The position numbers and the translations under genes were made by a program. Shown here piece by piece: positions 50,042-62,283 of a stretch of DNA of 64,000 nucleotides. Position 1 is the stretch's first letter; each line of letters opens with the position of its first letter. The DNA comes from Mustelus asterias (lineage: Eukaryota). Below the pieces are notes generated by a model. That model searched no databases and had not been told where the DNA came from. It saw only the letters and a list, made by a program, of their open reading frames with translations. Where the stretch lies: contig NC_135815.1 in the NCBI RefSeq assembly GCF_964213995.1, positions 56,420,001 through 56,484,000 on the forward strand. Direction: 5' to 3'.

Positions 50042-50874
50042 TGCAGGATACCTGCTTGCATTAGTGTTGGACCATACCCTCAAAGCTTCCCTTGTTAAAG
50101 CCCAGGCCAGAAACTCCAAGGTGTTTTGCGAAGTTAAGTTTTACATTTGATTTTTGGCATTGGTGAGCGCAAGGTGTTTCACTCCAGGTATGATTCAGGT
50201 GACCCACTAGGAAGCTTTTATCAAACAAAGTTTATTTTAAGAACACAGTTAGAATATAACAAAACAGTATAACAAAGAATCAGCATAACTCTTACCAATT
50301 ACAAGACTTAAACATGGCACAGTATAACTCATAACAGCTAGTTATCTCTGTTGTTCCAATTTAAAAGCACTACCCATAGACATACACCCTTCATCAGAAT
50401 TAGTTAGCATTAAAACCAGTATGCTCATGAGAACTAGATTTCCAGCTTTAGACAGAAATGCAAACAGTCGTTTTTGGGGAAGGATATATCCTCAAGACAG
50501 CAGAACAGAGAAGTAAACCTAGACTTGAGCAGCTTCCAGTCTTTAGACTTCAGAGACAGGAAAGGATAAGTCTCTCTGCAGCTTCCAAAAAAGCATCTGA
50601 AAAACTAAGCTGGAATTCTCTATGAAAACATAGCTGTCCCTAGTCATATGACCTGATCTGTCAATTATCCCAATCAAGCTCTACTCTGCAATCCCAGGGG
50701 AACATTAAAACAACAGAACACTGCATTAGTTCAGATTAAAACAAACATGATGTCAATTATAGATTTCTACAACAATAGAGGACACTGAGGCTCCAGCAAA
50801 ATGCCAGAGAGTGTCGAAATATCCTGCAAGAAACATGATTAAAATACATTTCTTAAAGGCACATTACCGTCACA
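50042..50874 (-). mobile_element. Probable solo ERV LTR
   Basis: Minus strand begins tgtgacggtaatgtgcctttaag; AATAAA on the minus strand near 50231. Confidence 0.55.
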
Positions 50875-51199
50875 CCCTGCTGATCTCACCAAAGTTTGCA
50901 GGTCAGAAGGAGACCCCCTAATTCTCATACTAATGTTGGGCATCAGTGCTACTGGGATATCTAAAGGATCTACAATTGTGAACACGCTGGAAAATCTAGG
51001 GGATGTGAGTGAGCTGGGAAAGTGTGTGAGAGGGGGCTGGTTGTTAATTTCCCCCCTTTTTGGGATAAGTTGATGATGGCCTCAGTAGCCCTTCTTATAA
51101 GGCAAAATTGTTTTTGTATGCACAAACATTAGCAAATAATATATGACATTTTTGTAAGGTAACTTCAATGCAATTCCTTTAGAAGACATTCTGCTCCCC

Positions 51200-51545
51200 T
51201 TCAGGAACTAGCCTGGACCATGAGACGGTTCCCACATTGCAGGAGGTTCTTTCTGAAAATCTTGTCAAACCCAAAAATAGGAAGTTGTGCCCATAGTGCT
51301 GTTAGTGACTAAGATCAGTCACAGAGATCAGAGAAACTGTGAATGGGTGGCTGGCCTACTTGGTCTGATTAAGCATATCTCCACTGACTATGCACTATTG
51401 CCCACTGAAGGCCTATAAACATGGTAACTTCCAGAGTAGGTAGTCCTTGTCCCAGCAAGTCTCTCCCTTCCTTAGCTGTTTGGAAATCTGCAGTCATTCC
51501 ATTGAACACCTGCCTCATTTGAGCAAGAATCCACCAGAGCATATA
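51200..51545 (-). mobile_element. Old Harbinger transposase relic
   Basis: Minus strand (L)GDKDYLL near 51430-51460, resembling LLGDKGYPL. Confidence 0.4.
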
Positions 51546-51951
51546 AAAACTAGATCAGGACCCATATATGTATGCTACTGTTTAGATACACCCAATACCA
51601 TTCCTGCGAACACCTATTGAAGTTATGATAAGAATACTCTAAAATGGCCGTAGGTTTGTGGGTGGGGCTGGCTCTTTAACATTTGATTTGCATATGATAT
51701 TCCTGTCTCTGTGACTACACCTATGTTAAGGTCGGTCATTTTCTATCTGAGGGTATTGGACCTGTAATCTTTATGGTTCCTTCAGAAAACCAGTTGAAGC
51801 CACATCTCAGTAGTTTGCCCTTGCTTTATCATCCCTTCCATAAGGCTCTTGAAACTAGAATCATAAAAGAGGTTTTATTTTATTATACAAATCCAAAGGA
51901 ACTGGAATGAAATAAGGGTTAAAATAATTTTTATATCTGCTTCTTTCTTAG

Positions 51952-52031
51952 GTTGTTTTTGCATTAAGTACACCTGGATGTCAGCACATACCCTATAGAG
52001 AATCTAAACTTACACGGATTCTGCAAGATTG
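51952..52031 (+). CDS. Kinesin-like gene exon (L12/alpha5): VVFALSTPGCQHIPYRESKLTRILQDC
   Basis: Canonical HIPYRESKLTRxLQD; ttag acceptor, gtatgg donor; phase 0 to 2. Confidence 0.95.
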
Positions 52032-52137
52032 GTATGGATTAAAATGTTTCTGTAGAAAGGAGAGAGTGGAAATGGGGAAGTCAATTTGTGATTGTGTTTA
52101 ACTTAAAAATAAAATATAACACCTGGCAAGAGATACT

Positions 52138-53932
52138 GGGGGTGATTTTCCGGCCAGGCACGCTCAGGCACAGATTGCCCTGTGGCTGCACGGGATTGGA
52201 GAATCACAGGGGAAGGGCTTAGCACATTTAGAGCCGATGAGAACTCCCTTTGGGATTCTCCCAATCTCCCAGCCTGGACGTATTCCGGTTACTGTCCAGT
52301 GAGAGCGAAAACCAGTTTAGCATATTTAATATTTGTTTAAATATGCTTAGTCAGTTTCATGCCAGATTCCTTCTGCTCCGAGGATTCACTGACCCTCGAG
52401 CGCAGCGGGAATCTGGCGTGAATCACTGCTGGTTTCCAAAAAAGGAAACCAGTCATGATAGCCATGCCTGGGAGGCCATTGAAACCCCCTGGTGGTCAGG
52501 GACATGGCAGTGTTGCCCCCTGGCACCCTGGCAGTGCCAACCTGGTATTGCCAAACTGGCGGTGCTGCCGGAATGCCAAAGGGACAGAGGGGCGGAGCCT
52601 GAATGGGGCAGGGCATGAAGGGGTGAGGCAAAAAGGGGTAGCGCATGAAGGGGGACCCATTGGGAGTCCCCGATGCTGGCGATCTATGTTCAGTGGGATT
52701 AGGAGATCAAGCGGGAGGGAGTTCTATGTTCAGGGTGGGAGGGGTCATGCCATCAATAGGGTGTCCTGATGTCTGTGGTGGGGTGGGGGGGAGGGTGTCG
52801 TCAATTTCACTTTGATATCAGGGTTCCCTTTAAAAACGGCATCCCAATGTTTGTGAAGCCTGTCTTGCCTGTGTGGTTAGGCCCCGCCCCTCTCTGAATC
52901 GGTGCAAATATTTTCCCCCTCTCAAAAAATGACTAAGTGCAAGAAGATCGTAATCAGATTCGTACCAATTTTCTCATCCGATATTTAGGACGTGACCTCA
53001 TGACCTTGTCCTGCCCGTCGTTCGGCAAGGGAAGGTGGTAGGATTGCGTGAGAGGAGAAAAATCGGGTTCGCACCTGTTTTCTCGCTTCACACAATCTTA
53101 CTGGCCCTGTTTTGCCGGTGAAATCGGCTTCGTGCCCAGGAAGGGCACAAAACCAATGCTTCACATGTCATTCGCAATTCCCGAATGCTATCGTCTGGGC
53201 TCACTTACACTTAGCCCCTTGACAGCTGAGTTTCATACCTTCAAATATCACAGCTGGTCTCCACCAGCAGAGACCAGATGTGATGGCCTCGCCAGAGAGA
53301 TTGGAGGCCATTGAAGCCCCTTTGGAGGTCCATGGCATGGCCGGACAGTTCCCACTTGGCACCCTGGCACTGTCCAGAGACCACCATAACTGTGTCAGGG
53401 GTAGTGCCAAGGAGGTGAGGCCTGAGTGGGAATGGAGCTTCAGTGGGGTTGGAGCAATGATGGGGGGAGGCAAGGGGGCAGCTCCGCAGGGGGCGGAGGG
53501 AGCTCTGCAGACGGGGGCTGGGGAGGACTGGCATAGGGAGCAATGAACAATCAGAGGGAGCAATACAGGGAACGATCAGTGGGGGGGATGGAGGGAATGC
53601 ACAGAGAGCAATTGGTTGAATGGGGAAGGGAAGGGACCCACACAGAGAGCAATCAGCGGGGTGGGGTGATTTCATTGGGTGGGTTGGGGGGTGGCAGGAG
53701 GCCTCCTAGGAGATAGTGGCACCTATGCAATGGCACCCCAAGCACTCTGCAGCCAGCTTAACCATTGAGCATAGGCTCCGCACCCCCTTCCTGGCGAGAA
53801 TCGCATCTGGTCTTTTTTTTACACTAAGTGCCATAAGATTGCAACTCACGGCTTGCCAAAAAAACTGGTGCCATTCTCTCCCGTTTTCTCGCTCATTCAG
53901 GCATTTAGAATTTTTTTCATGAGATTGCACCC
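52138..53932. mobile_element. One or two Harbinger-like non-autonomous elements
   Basis: Termini ggggtgattttcc and gagattgcaccc; shared ggcagtgcc/ggcactgcc motifs with 15200, 45540 and 59930. Confidence 0.55.
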
Positions 53933-54154
53933 TTAGTCATTTTTTAGTGAACCATCCCCATTGTACAAGATGATCCAAAAGCTGTTGTTTGCTCTTAATT
54001 CCGGCATCTTGGAATCAATTGCAAAATAGATGTTCTGAGACTGGAATGTGATGGGTTATACATTTAGCCTTTTTATTTAGCTAACTTGGTTGTTCTGTGA
54101 AATGTAAATTTCTTCATACAATAGCTCAATTAACATGACTGATCCTTCTTTCAG

Positions 54155-54311
54155 CCTGGGTGGAAACTGCGTAACATCCATGATTGTGACAGTTTCTTCA
54201 GGTTGTGCATCAGTACATGAAACCCTCAGCATTTTGCAGTTTGCTACCCGAGCAAGATCCATTGTAAACTGTGCAGGGAAAAACATACATAAACGGAGTG
54301 GTAAAGACCAG
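54155..54311 (+). CDS. Kinesin-like gene exon (end of motor): LGGNCVTSMIVTVSSGCASVHETLSILQFATRARSIVNCAGKNIHKRSGKDQ
   Basis: LGGN..T.MI..VS.....ETLS.L.FA.RA; cag acceptor; CAG|gtaggt donor keeps frame with the next exon. Confidence 0.93.
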
Positions 54312-54719
54312 GTAGGTGGAAGAGTCCATTCTGGGGTAGTCTGATGACTTAAGACTAGAGAAGTGGATTTCATTTATGGGAACTGCAGTTTAACTCCCAA
54401 GCTTAGTTGATATGTTTAACCACTTTCAGGGCAAAGGCCAGTAAATGAAAAATCTGATGAAGTGCTGTTTAATAGGAGGAGGAAAACTTAGCTTGTAGGA
54501 ATCTATAGTGTGATCTGTTGTATCTGCTCCTGTCTTGGACTGTAAAGCCATGTAGATAGAAGTAGAGGGGATGTATGTGTCTTCAGCCATCTTAGCTTCT
54601 GAACTGAAGAAATAACAGATAACAGTTTAATTTATGAAGGCTTAATGTGGATCTTTTTCATAGTGTTGCTGACAAAAAGACAGAATATTTACTGTTTTAT
54701 AAGGACTTTGCAATACTTC

Positions 54720-57700
54720 GGGGGTAATGTTACCACCCTGTCCCACCTGTCGACCAGCATGCGAGGTGGGAAGATAGCATGCGAGGTAAAAAGTCAGATT
54801 CACACCTGGTGCCAGACAGTTTGCTATCTTCCCTGCCCCTTTTTACAGGCACAAACCGCTTGGGCGTGAAACTTATTAGCATGAATTTGAATGCATTTCA
54901 ATATCATTAGCGAGGTTGGCATGCTTTCATTTCCCCCTTCCCACTTCACTGGCATGATGTCACTCTAGCACAAATCAGTACTGTTCTATAAAAGTCTGGT
55001 ATAGATGCAGCAATAGTGAGGGGGAGCGAGGAAGTGTGTACCACTGAGCACCAACCCCCAGGGTGTGGGATGTGTCTCAGCCACTGCCATGGTGCAGGGT
55101 GGGGTGGGGGGCTTGTTTGGTGCAGGCTCCATGCTGACTGCTGTCATTCCATCCCAGGCCCAACTAACTGTAACAAGCAGTCGCATCATAGGAGCTCTGC
55201 AGGTGTTAACACGGCTCCTCACACTGCATGGACTATGCAATGCTGCCCTCGATGGGAACCCATCTTGTGATAGTTACAAGGGTGCCCTCCTCCACCTTTC
55301 TGAATTGTTAGCCATTCCTGGAAACCATTGCACCAGACATACAGGTGGGTGCACTCATGTCTATGATGCAGGAGTTCCCAATGGAGACACCCTCACAGAC
55401 ACCTATATGCATCCCATGCCCACCATGGCGACGATGTGTCAGAGGTCGGCAGCCCACTGCTAGGAATGGTGTCGGGTTGCCAGCATCCAGACTCATAGGG
55501 CTCTGGATGCTGGCAGGGAGTGAGAGGCCTGGGATGGATAACCTTACTGACTCTCTCTCACTCTCTCCTTCCCTCCCCCATGCCATAGATACAATAGATT
55601 TCACCATGCAGCCCATTGAGCTGACCATGATAATTGCGGCTGAAGAGGAGGAGGAGAGAGACCTACTGTCGTGGTAAGGCCAGCCAGGGCAAGAGGCCGC
55701 AGCTAGAGGAGAGGGGGTCGCTGGTTGGGGGTAGGAGGCAGGCACCCATCGGCTCCTGGGGAGGGATTGAGGATGTCAGAGACAGGAACCATGAAGCCAC
55801 AGGATCCGCGTGTCCTTTGGATTCCTTGTGCCGCCATAGAGTGTGTCTCAGCAAGGAGATAATGCGGCACCTGTGCCATGTCCTCGTGGTTCTGGCACCT
55901 CGAGGGACAGGAGGATACCTGTGACCTGTGGCAGTGAAGGTCACTGCAGCCCTCAACTTTTACGCCTCTGGGTCCTTCCAGGCTGTCAGTGGGGCCACCT
56001 GCGGTATCGCACAATCCTCTATGCACAAGTGCGTCGTGAGGTGATGGATGTCCTTTTTGCCCGGGCAGTCGACTATATAAACGTCGATGTGGGCCAGGCC
56101 CAACAGGAAGCCTGGGCTGCAGGTTTCACCGCCATCATCGGAATGCCGCACGTGCAAGGGGCTGTTCACAGCATGTACGTCGCCCTTTCTACCCAATATG
56201 GTCAGGGGGTCAGGTACATTAACCAAAAGGTTAACTCCCTGAAAGTTCAAGTGGTCTGCGACCACTGCCTGCACAGCACCCAGGGAGCATCCATGACAGC
56301 TACATACGCAGAGCTCGGACACCCCTGCCCTCTTCGAAGACCAGCCAAGGCTGCCAGGATGGCTCTTGGGAGACAAAGATGAGTTCTTGGCTGATGACGC
56401 AAGTACGGAGGCTCGAGACCGAGGCGGAGACCCGCTACAATGAGGCCACGCTGCTACCCGGTCCATCATCGAGCAGTGCATCAGGTTCTGAAGATGAGGT
56501 TCCATCATTGCCTGGACTTTGCTGGCGGTGCCCTCCTGTACAGCCCACGGAGAGCCTCCTGCATCATCGTGGTCTGCTGTGCACTCCTGCGCAGCAGCGG
56601 GGAGACATCCTGGAGGAGGAGGAGGACCAAGCAGATGACCCTGGGGAGGGGGAGGAGGAGGGGAATGAGGAGGCCCAGTAGGATGTGGAGGACGAGGCCG
56701 GGCAGGGACCGGGTGATGGAGCATATGGTCTGGCAGGGCAGAGCGGCGAGGGAGGCCCTCATCGCCACAAGGTTCTCAGAGTAGGGGGTGTGATGTACTA
56801 CTGCTGCAGCACCCCAGGAGCCTTTAACACCCCGCTTGTCCACCCCCCACATCCCATTCCCCATACCACTTGTTCACACCCCTTGCTATGGGTCCCATTG
56901 ACATCACACCAGGGTGATGGGCCTGGGTTAGCCATGTTAGCGAGTTACTGGCCTAGGCAGGAGGGTGTAGAAGACTTGCTATGTGGCACACTGTGATGTA
57001 GCCTTGGTGCCACACAAGTCTGACTCCTACCCGCTCTCAGACTATACACTGGCGCCCAGGCACACATCTGATGAGGATAGGAGGCACCACCATCTGGCCC
57101 AATACCAATAGGGTGGGGGCGGTTGAGGAGTCTGGTGGTTGCTGGAGATTCCATGCCAGGCTATCTATTACTGTGTGCTTACAATGGGCCCCGCTGCTGG
57201 GACCACTTGGGTCGAGTGCTTAGAGTACCATGGCAGTCAGGAATCTGGCACAGGTGCTGGGGAATGGGGTTCGCAGACTCAATGGGTCGAAGAGTGTGTG
57301 TCTCACGCAGCACGAGGCTTTGAGCCTCTATGTCTACAGTCGGTGTATCAGGAAAGCGAATCACAGACAAATCAGTCACAGCTGTGGGTTGCAATAAAAT
57401 TTAATAGTGATTTCCTGAGTTAGCCAAATCCTAACTAGTGCATGCCTTCACACATGCTCTATTGGTGACCCTGCAACTACTTAATCTTCCATGGTTTACC
57501 ACTATGTCTAGATGCCCTCCCCCAGATTGCACATCAGAGGTGGAGGGGGTCAGTTGTGTTCCATCCCCCATTGCCTATGATGCCCTTGGTGGTCGTCCCC
57601 TGGGAGGCTGGGGCCTGGAGGGCCCTGGCTGACTTTGAGTGTCAAGGATGTAGCTGTGCCACTGCGTTCATCCCGCTGCCTGCAAGATGAAGGGGGAAAT

Positions 57701-58345
57701 CAGGAGGGCTGGGGACGGCTGGGGTCTCCTGGGTGGAGGGCCTGGCATGGGCTCCAGCGCTTCCTCCTCCCTCGAGGTACCAATGGACCCCTGGAACACT
57801 CCATGGAATGTTTGGGGTAGTTGGAGGGAGCTCCAGAGGCCTCAATGTCACCAGGCTCTGCCAGTCCTGGAGGACCAACTGCATATGTCCCATGGTGTGC
57901 GAGCCCTTGAAGATGGCCTTCTGAGTCTGGACCAAGCTCTGGATATCCTCGGTGATGAAGATCGGGGACTGGGCCAAGCTCTGGATCCCCTGATTGATAA
58001 AGCTCTGAAATTGGGCCAGGCTCTGGAGCCCCTGAGCAATTGTCCTCTGAGACTGGACAAAGCTCTTGAGGCCCGCAGCCATGGTCCTCTGAAACTCGGC
58101 CATGCCTTGAACTCTGCCACACATGGCGACCATTTCCTGCCCAGGCTTTCCACTGGGGTTGCCACCCTTGCAATGTTGGCCTGGGCACCACACAATTCAG
58201 GCACCATCTCCTGCGACTGAAAGCTGTGGGACTCCTCCAAACAGCCTCGCCGTTGCTGCAGGGTTGCTGACAACTCCTCCTGCAATCACCAGCTCTGCTG
58301 CTGCATTCCAGCAGCTTCGTGATAATGGATCCCAATGACGTGTCA
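54720..58345 (+). mobile_element. Harbinger transposon: decayed transposase (+, about 55600-56784) and a convergent second ORF (-, about 57480-58340)
   Basis: FYASGSFQ, VQGAVHSMYV, LGDK, LKMRFHCLD, CCAL; minus strand frame with 14 aa repeats. Confidence 0.82.
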
Positions 58346-58356
58346 CCTGGCTTGTG

Positions 58357-58783
58357 CAGTAAGAAGTCTCACAACACCAGGTTAAAGTCCAACAGGTTTA
58401 TTTGGTAGCACAAGCCACAAGCTTTCAGAGCGCTGCTCCTTCATCAGGTAAGTGGGAATTGTGTTCACAAACAGGCATATAAAGACACAAACTCAATTTA
58501 CAAAATAATGGTTGGAATGCGAGTCTTTACAGGTAGTCAAGTCTTAAAGGTACAGATAATGTGAGTGGAGAGAGGGTTAAGCACAGGTTAAAGAGATGTG
58601 TATTGTCTCCTGCCAGGACAGTTAGTGAGATTTTGCAAGCCCAGGCAAGTCGTGGGGGTTACAGATAGTGTGACATGAACCCAAGATCCCGGTTGAAGCC
58701 GTCCTCATGTGTGCGGAACTTGGCTATCAGTTTCTGCTCTGCGACTCTGCGTTGTCGTGTGTCGTGAAGGTCGTCTTGGAGAA
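58357..58783 (-). mobile_element. Penelope 3' end with a hammerhead motif (58419-58447)
   Basis: Homologous to 38955-39370; minus strand CTGATGA-A-GGAGC-agc-GCTCT-GAAA-GCTT. Confidence 0.9.
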
Positions 58784-58897
58784 GAAAACAATTTTACTTG
58801 TTCAGTCATCATATATGTATTTTATTTTAGTATTGAAACATATAGAAAACTGAGCTGACATGGTGAGTTTATCTCTTTAAAAGAAATGTATTTTCAG

Positions 58898-58981
58898 GAA
58901 CATAGTGAAACATATGGTGGAAGACCCACAGCAAAAGAAACTGGAGCAGCCAAAGAGTACATGGGTCAAGGAAATAAAAAG
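58898..58981 (+). CDS. Probable kinesin-like gene exon (post-motor): EHSETYGGRPTAKETGAAKEYMGQGNKK
   Basis: ttttcag acceptor, AAG|gtaact donor, 84 nt, phase 0 to 0 compatible with both neighbours; no motif support. Confidence 0.65.
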
Positions 58982-59577
58982 GTAACTAATGATTCCTGCT
59001 TGGTTCAAATACAGTTTTGTTTTAGATATTGTGGGCCAATTATCCTCTTTTCAAGTACACATTACCTATGAGGGAAATCGAGGTGTTGCCCATACAGAAA
59101 TAGAAACTAATTGTTATGAAAATATACATCTGGGATGCCACAATTCACTCTGCACTGCAATCAAATAATAATATATCAAACTACATGGAGAGCAGGAAAA
59201 AATACAGCATTTTGAGTCTCAAATGTGATTATTTCTAATTTATGAGAACTGGAAGTCAAAGCAAGAGGGATAAAAACAGTGGTCACTTCTTTACAATGGC
59301 CTACTTGCCTTCCCAGCAGGTCCTGTCATCTCACTGAGTCTTGTGTTTCTAGTCAAAGCTAAAAATAGAAGTGTACTGTCGGTTCAGGAGTCAACTTAAG
59401 AGGCTTCCAGCAAATTCCATAAACTCCTAATATTCTGCCTAGAAGGAAAAAAGGAAGCATCACCTGTGACCAGTCTCACTCTCCAGGTTTCTCTCAGAGC
59501 CCTCAGACTCTCTGATTCAAGAGGGTCTGTCCACTGTCAGTCTCACTGCCAGTTTGTTTTCTGGTGTTCCTGTTTCT

Positions 59578-61264
59578 GGGCGGAATTCTCCCAAAACAAA
59601 ACTAAGGTTGCGATCTTACAAAAAAGCTCTAAGTGCCAAACAAGCAAGAAAACAGGAGAGAATGGTGCCGTTTTTTTCGATGAGCCGTGAATTGCAATCT
59701 TATGGCACTCAGTGCAAAAAAAGAGCCCTGATGCGATTTTCACCGGTTGGTGGGGTGGGGAGGAACATAACCTCGCCGGTGGAGCCGGCTGCAGAGCACT
59801 TGGGGCACCATTGCACAGGCTCCCCAATCTCCCAGTGATCCACTGACATGATCCACACCTGTATAGCTCTCCCCTCATAGTCCCCTGCATAGTCTCCCCC
59901 GTCATAACCCCCACTCAGGCCCCACCCACTTGGCACTGCCCTGGCACACGAACGGAGCCCAACTGGCACACTGGTGGTATCCGGTGGGCACTGCCAGTGT
60001 GCCAAGTGGGCCCCGCCTGATGGGCGCCACCCAATGGACACCACCTGACCATGCCCCCAACCACCCGGAGGCTTCAATGGCCTCTGAGCCCTACCCAGTA
60101 TAACAATTGTGCCAGGTCTCTGCTAGTAGAAACCAGTAGTGATTCTTGCCATTATTGCGCCAACACCCGAAGGCCATAGGATCCTGTGCACTGGGAGTTG
60201 AATGAATTAGAGTCATAGAGTCATCGAGGTTTACGGCATGGAAACAGGCCCTTCGGCCCAACTTGTCCATGCCGCCCTTTTTTTTTAAAAACCCCTAAAC
60301 TAATCCCAATTGCCCGCATTTGGCCCATATCCCTCTATACCCATCGTACCCATGTAACTATCTAAATGCTTTTTAAAAGATAAAATTGTACCCGCCTCTA
60401 CTACTACCTCTGGCAGCTTGTTCCAGACACTCACCACCCTCTGTGTGAAACAATTGCCCCTCTGGACACTTTTGTATCTCTCCCTTCTCACCTTAAACCT
60501 ATGCCCTCTAGTTTTAGACTCCCCTATCTTTGGGAAAAGATATTGACTATCTACCTTATCTATGCCCCTCATTATTTTATAGAACTCTATAAGGTCACCC
60601 CTCAGCCTCCTACGCTCCAGAGAAAAAAGTCCCAGTCTATTCAGCCTCTCCTTATAACTCAATCCATCAAGTCCCGGTAGCATCCTAGTAAATCTTTCCT
60701 GCACTCTTTCTAGTTTAATAATATCCTTTCTATAATAGGGTGACCAGAATTGCACACAGTATTCCAAGTGTGGCCTTACCAATGTCTTGTACAACTTCAA
60801 CAAGACGTCCCAATTCCTGTATTCAATGTTCTGACCGATGAAACCAAGCATGCCGAATGCTTTCTTCGCCACTCTATCCACCTGTGACTCCATTTTCAAG
60901 GAGCTATGAACATGTACCCCTAGATCTCTTTGTTCTGTAACTCTCCCCAGCGCCCTACCATTAACTGAATAAGTCCTGCCCTGGTTCAATCTACCAAAAT
61001 GCATCACCTTGCATTTGTCTAAATTAAACTCCATCTGCCATTTGCCATTTGTCAGCCCACTGGCCCATTATGCATTATTATGCATATTTAAATGCTACTT
61101 TAAATATGCTAATCAGGGTGCAATCCAATTTGTGCCACTAGAAATGAGCTGGGAGACTCACAAGCTGTTTGGCACCTGGCACAAAACTGATTTTTAGGCC
61201 AGCACGCTTTTCTCAGAGGTGGGTGCGATCTGTGGCAGGCGCAGCAAGGTCGGAGAATCGCTCC
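59578..61264. mobile_element. Harbinger-like non-autonomous element interrupted by a CR1
   Basis: Termini gggcggaattctcc and ggagaatcgctcc form an imperfect TIR. Confidence 0.6.
60208..61045 (-). mobile_element. Young 5'-truncated CR1 LINE
   Basis: ORF 60300..61034 open; tail (tagagtca)n. Confidence 0.93.
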
Positions 61265-61471
61265 ATCTGTGTTTTCTATGGATAGGCAAAGTGGAAAGTG
61301 AAATTCCTGAGCAGCTTAATGGAGGTGGAAACAGACTTCTCTATCTTACTATGACTGGGACCTATTATTTCCCAAGCATAGCAAAGAAGGTAATTGTATC
61401 TCTTGTATTTATAATAGCTGTTTTGTTTGCAAATTGTTTGATAACATTTTTACTATAATCATTTAACATAG

Positions 61472-62041
61472 GGTTCACAAATACAGACCTGCCTTCCTCC
61501 TATACGTATTGGCCGGAATGCCTGTTCCAAATTCATCGAGAAAAACCTCAGAGATTCATTACCGCGATCAGATGAATTTAAAGATCAGCATAATCAGAAG
61601 GTGATTTTACCTCACTTGGAGAAAGGAACAGCTAAAACTCTGACAACTGCTAAAACTATTACAAACTTGGATAAAAGTAAAACAGCTGACGATCGCTTTA
61701 AAAACATTCGATCTTGGCCCAGCACTCATTTAGGATCAGTGAATATTTCAAGAGAAAATAAAATAGAAAAACAACAATATAAACTGGACAAAATGAATGA
61801 ATTTGATCTTTTGTCTCCAAAGACACCCATGGAGACAAACTCTTTTGAAACTCAGAAAAATCCAGAATGCCTAAACTGTAAAAAGGAAAGAAAAATAAGG
61901 GATGAGTATGACAAATTCATTCTACAATCAAAGAGGGACAAAGACGCTTTACAGCAAAGAATCATGGAACTAGAGATTGAACTAAAGAAGTATAAAGCTG
62001 AAAGTAAAGAACTGGCACCTGCTGCAGAAGAAGTAGTCAGG
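61472..62041 (+). CDS. Probable kinesin-like gene large tail exon ending in CxxC plus a coiled coil
   Basis: 190 open codons from catag|GGT to AGG|gtaaaa; includes ORF 61601; ECLNCKKERKIRDEYDKFILQSKRDKDALQQRIMELEIELKKY. Confidence 0.78.
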
Positions 62042-62283
62042 GTAAAATATCTTTATTCTGCTTTACTCAGCTGAGTGTTCATAAGCCCTGTATCTCAGCT
62101 CCTTTTTTCACTCTTTTGCTATGGAAGGAGGCAGCTGTTTCTAAGGCTGCCAGCATACCTATGCTTATCTCAGGGCTTTACCACATGTCTTGGCTACTTA
62201 TCTGTGGGCAGCATTATAGAAAGTCTGTTTTCTGTGATAGAGTGTAATTTGCAAGTGGTTGATGATAGGTGCTGGATAGATGA

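Noticed and set aside
58831-58862. Small exon candidate (ttttag...gtgagt)
   Set aside because: Stop codons in all three frames and only 35 nt to the next acceptor
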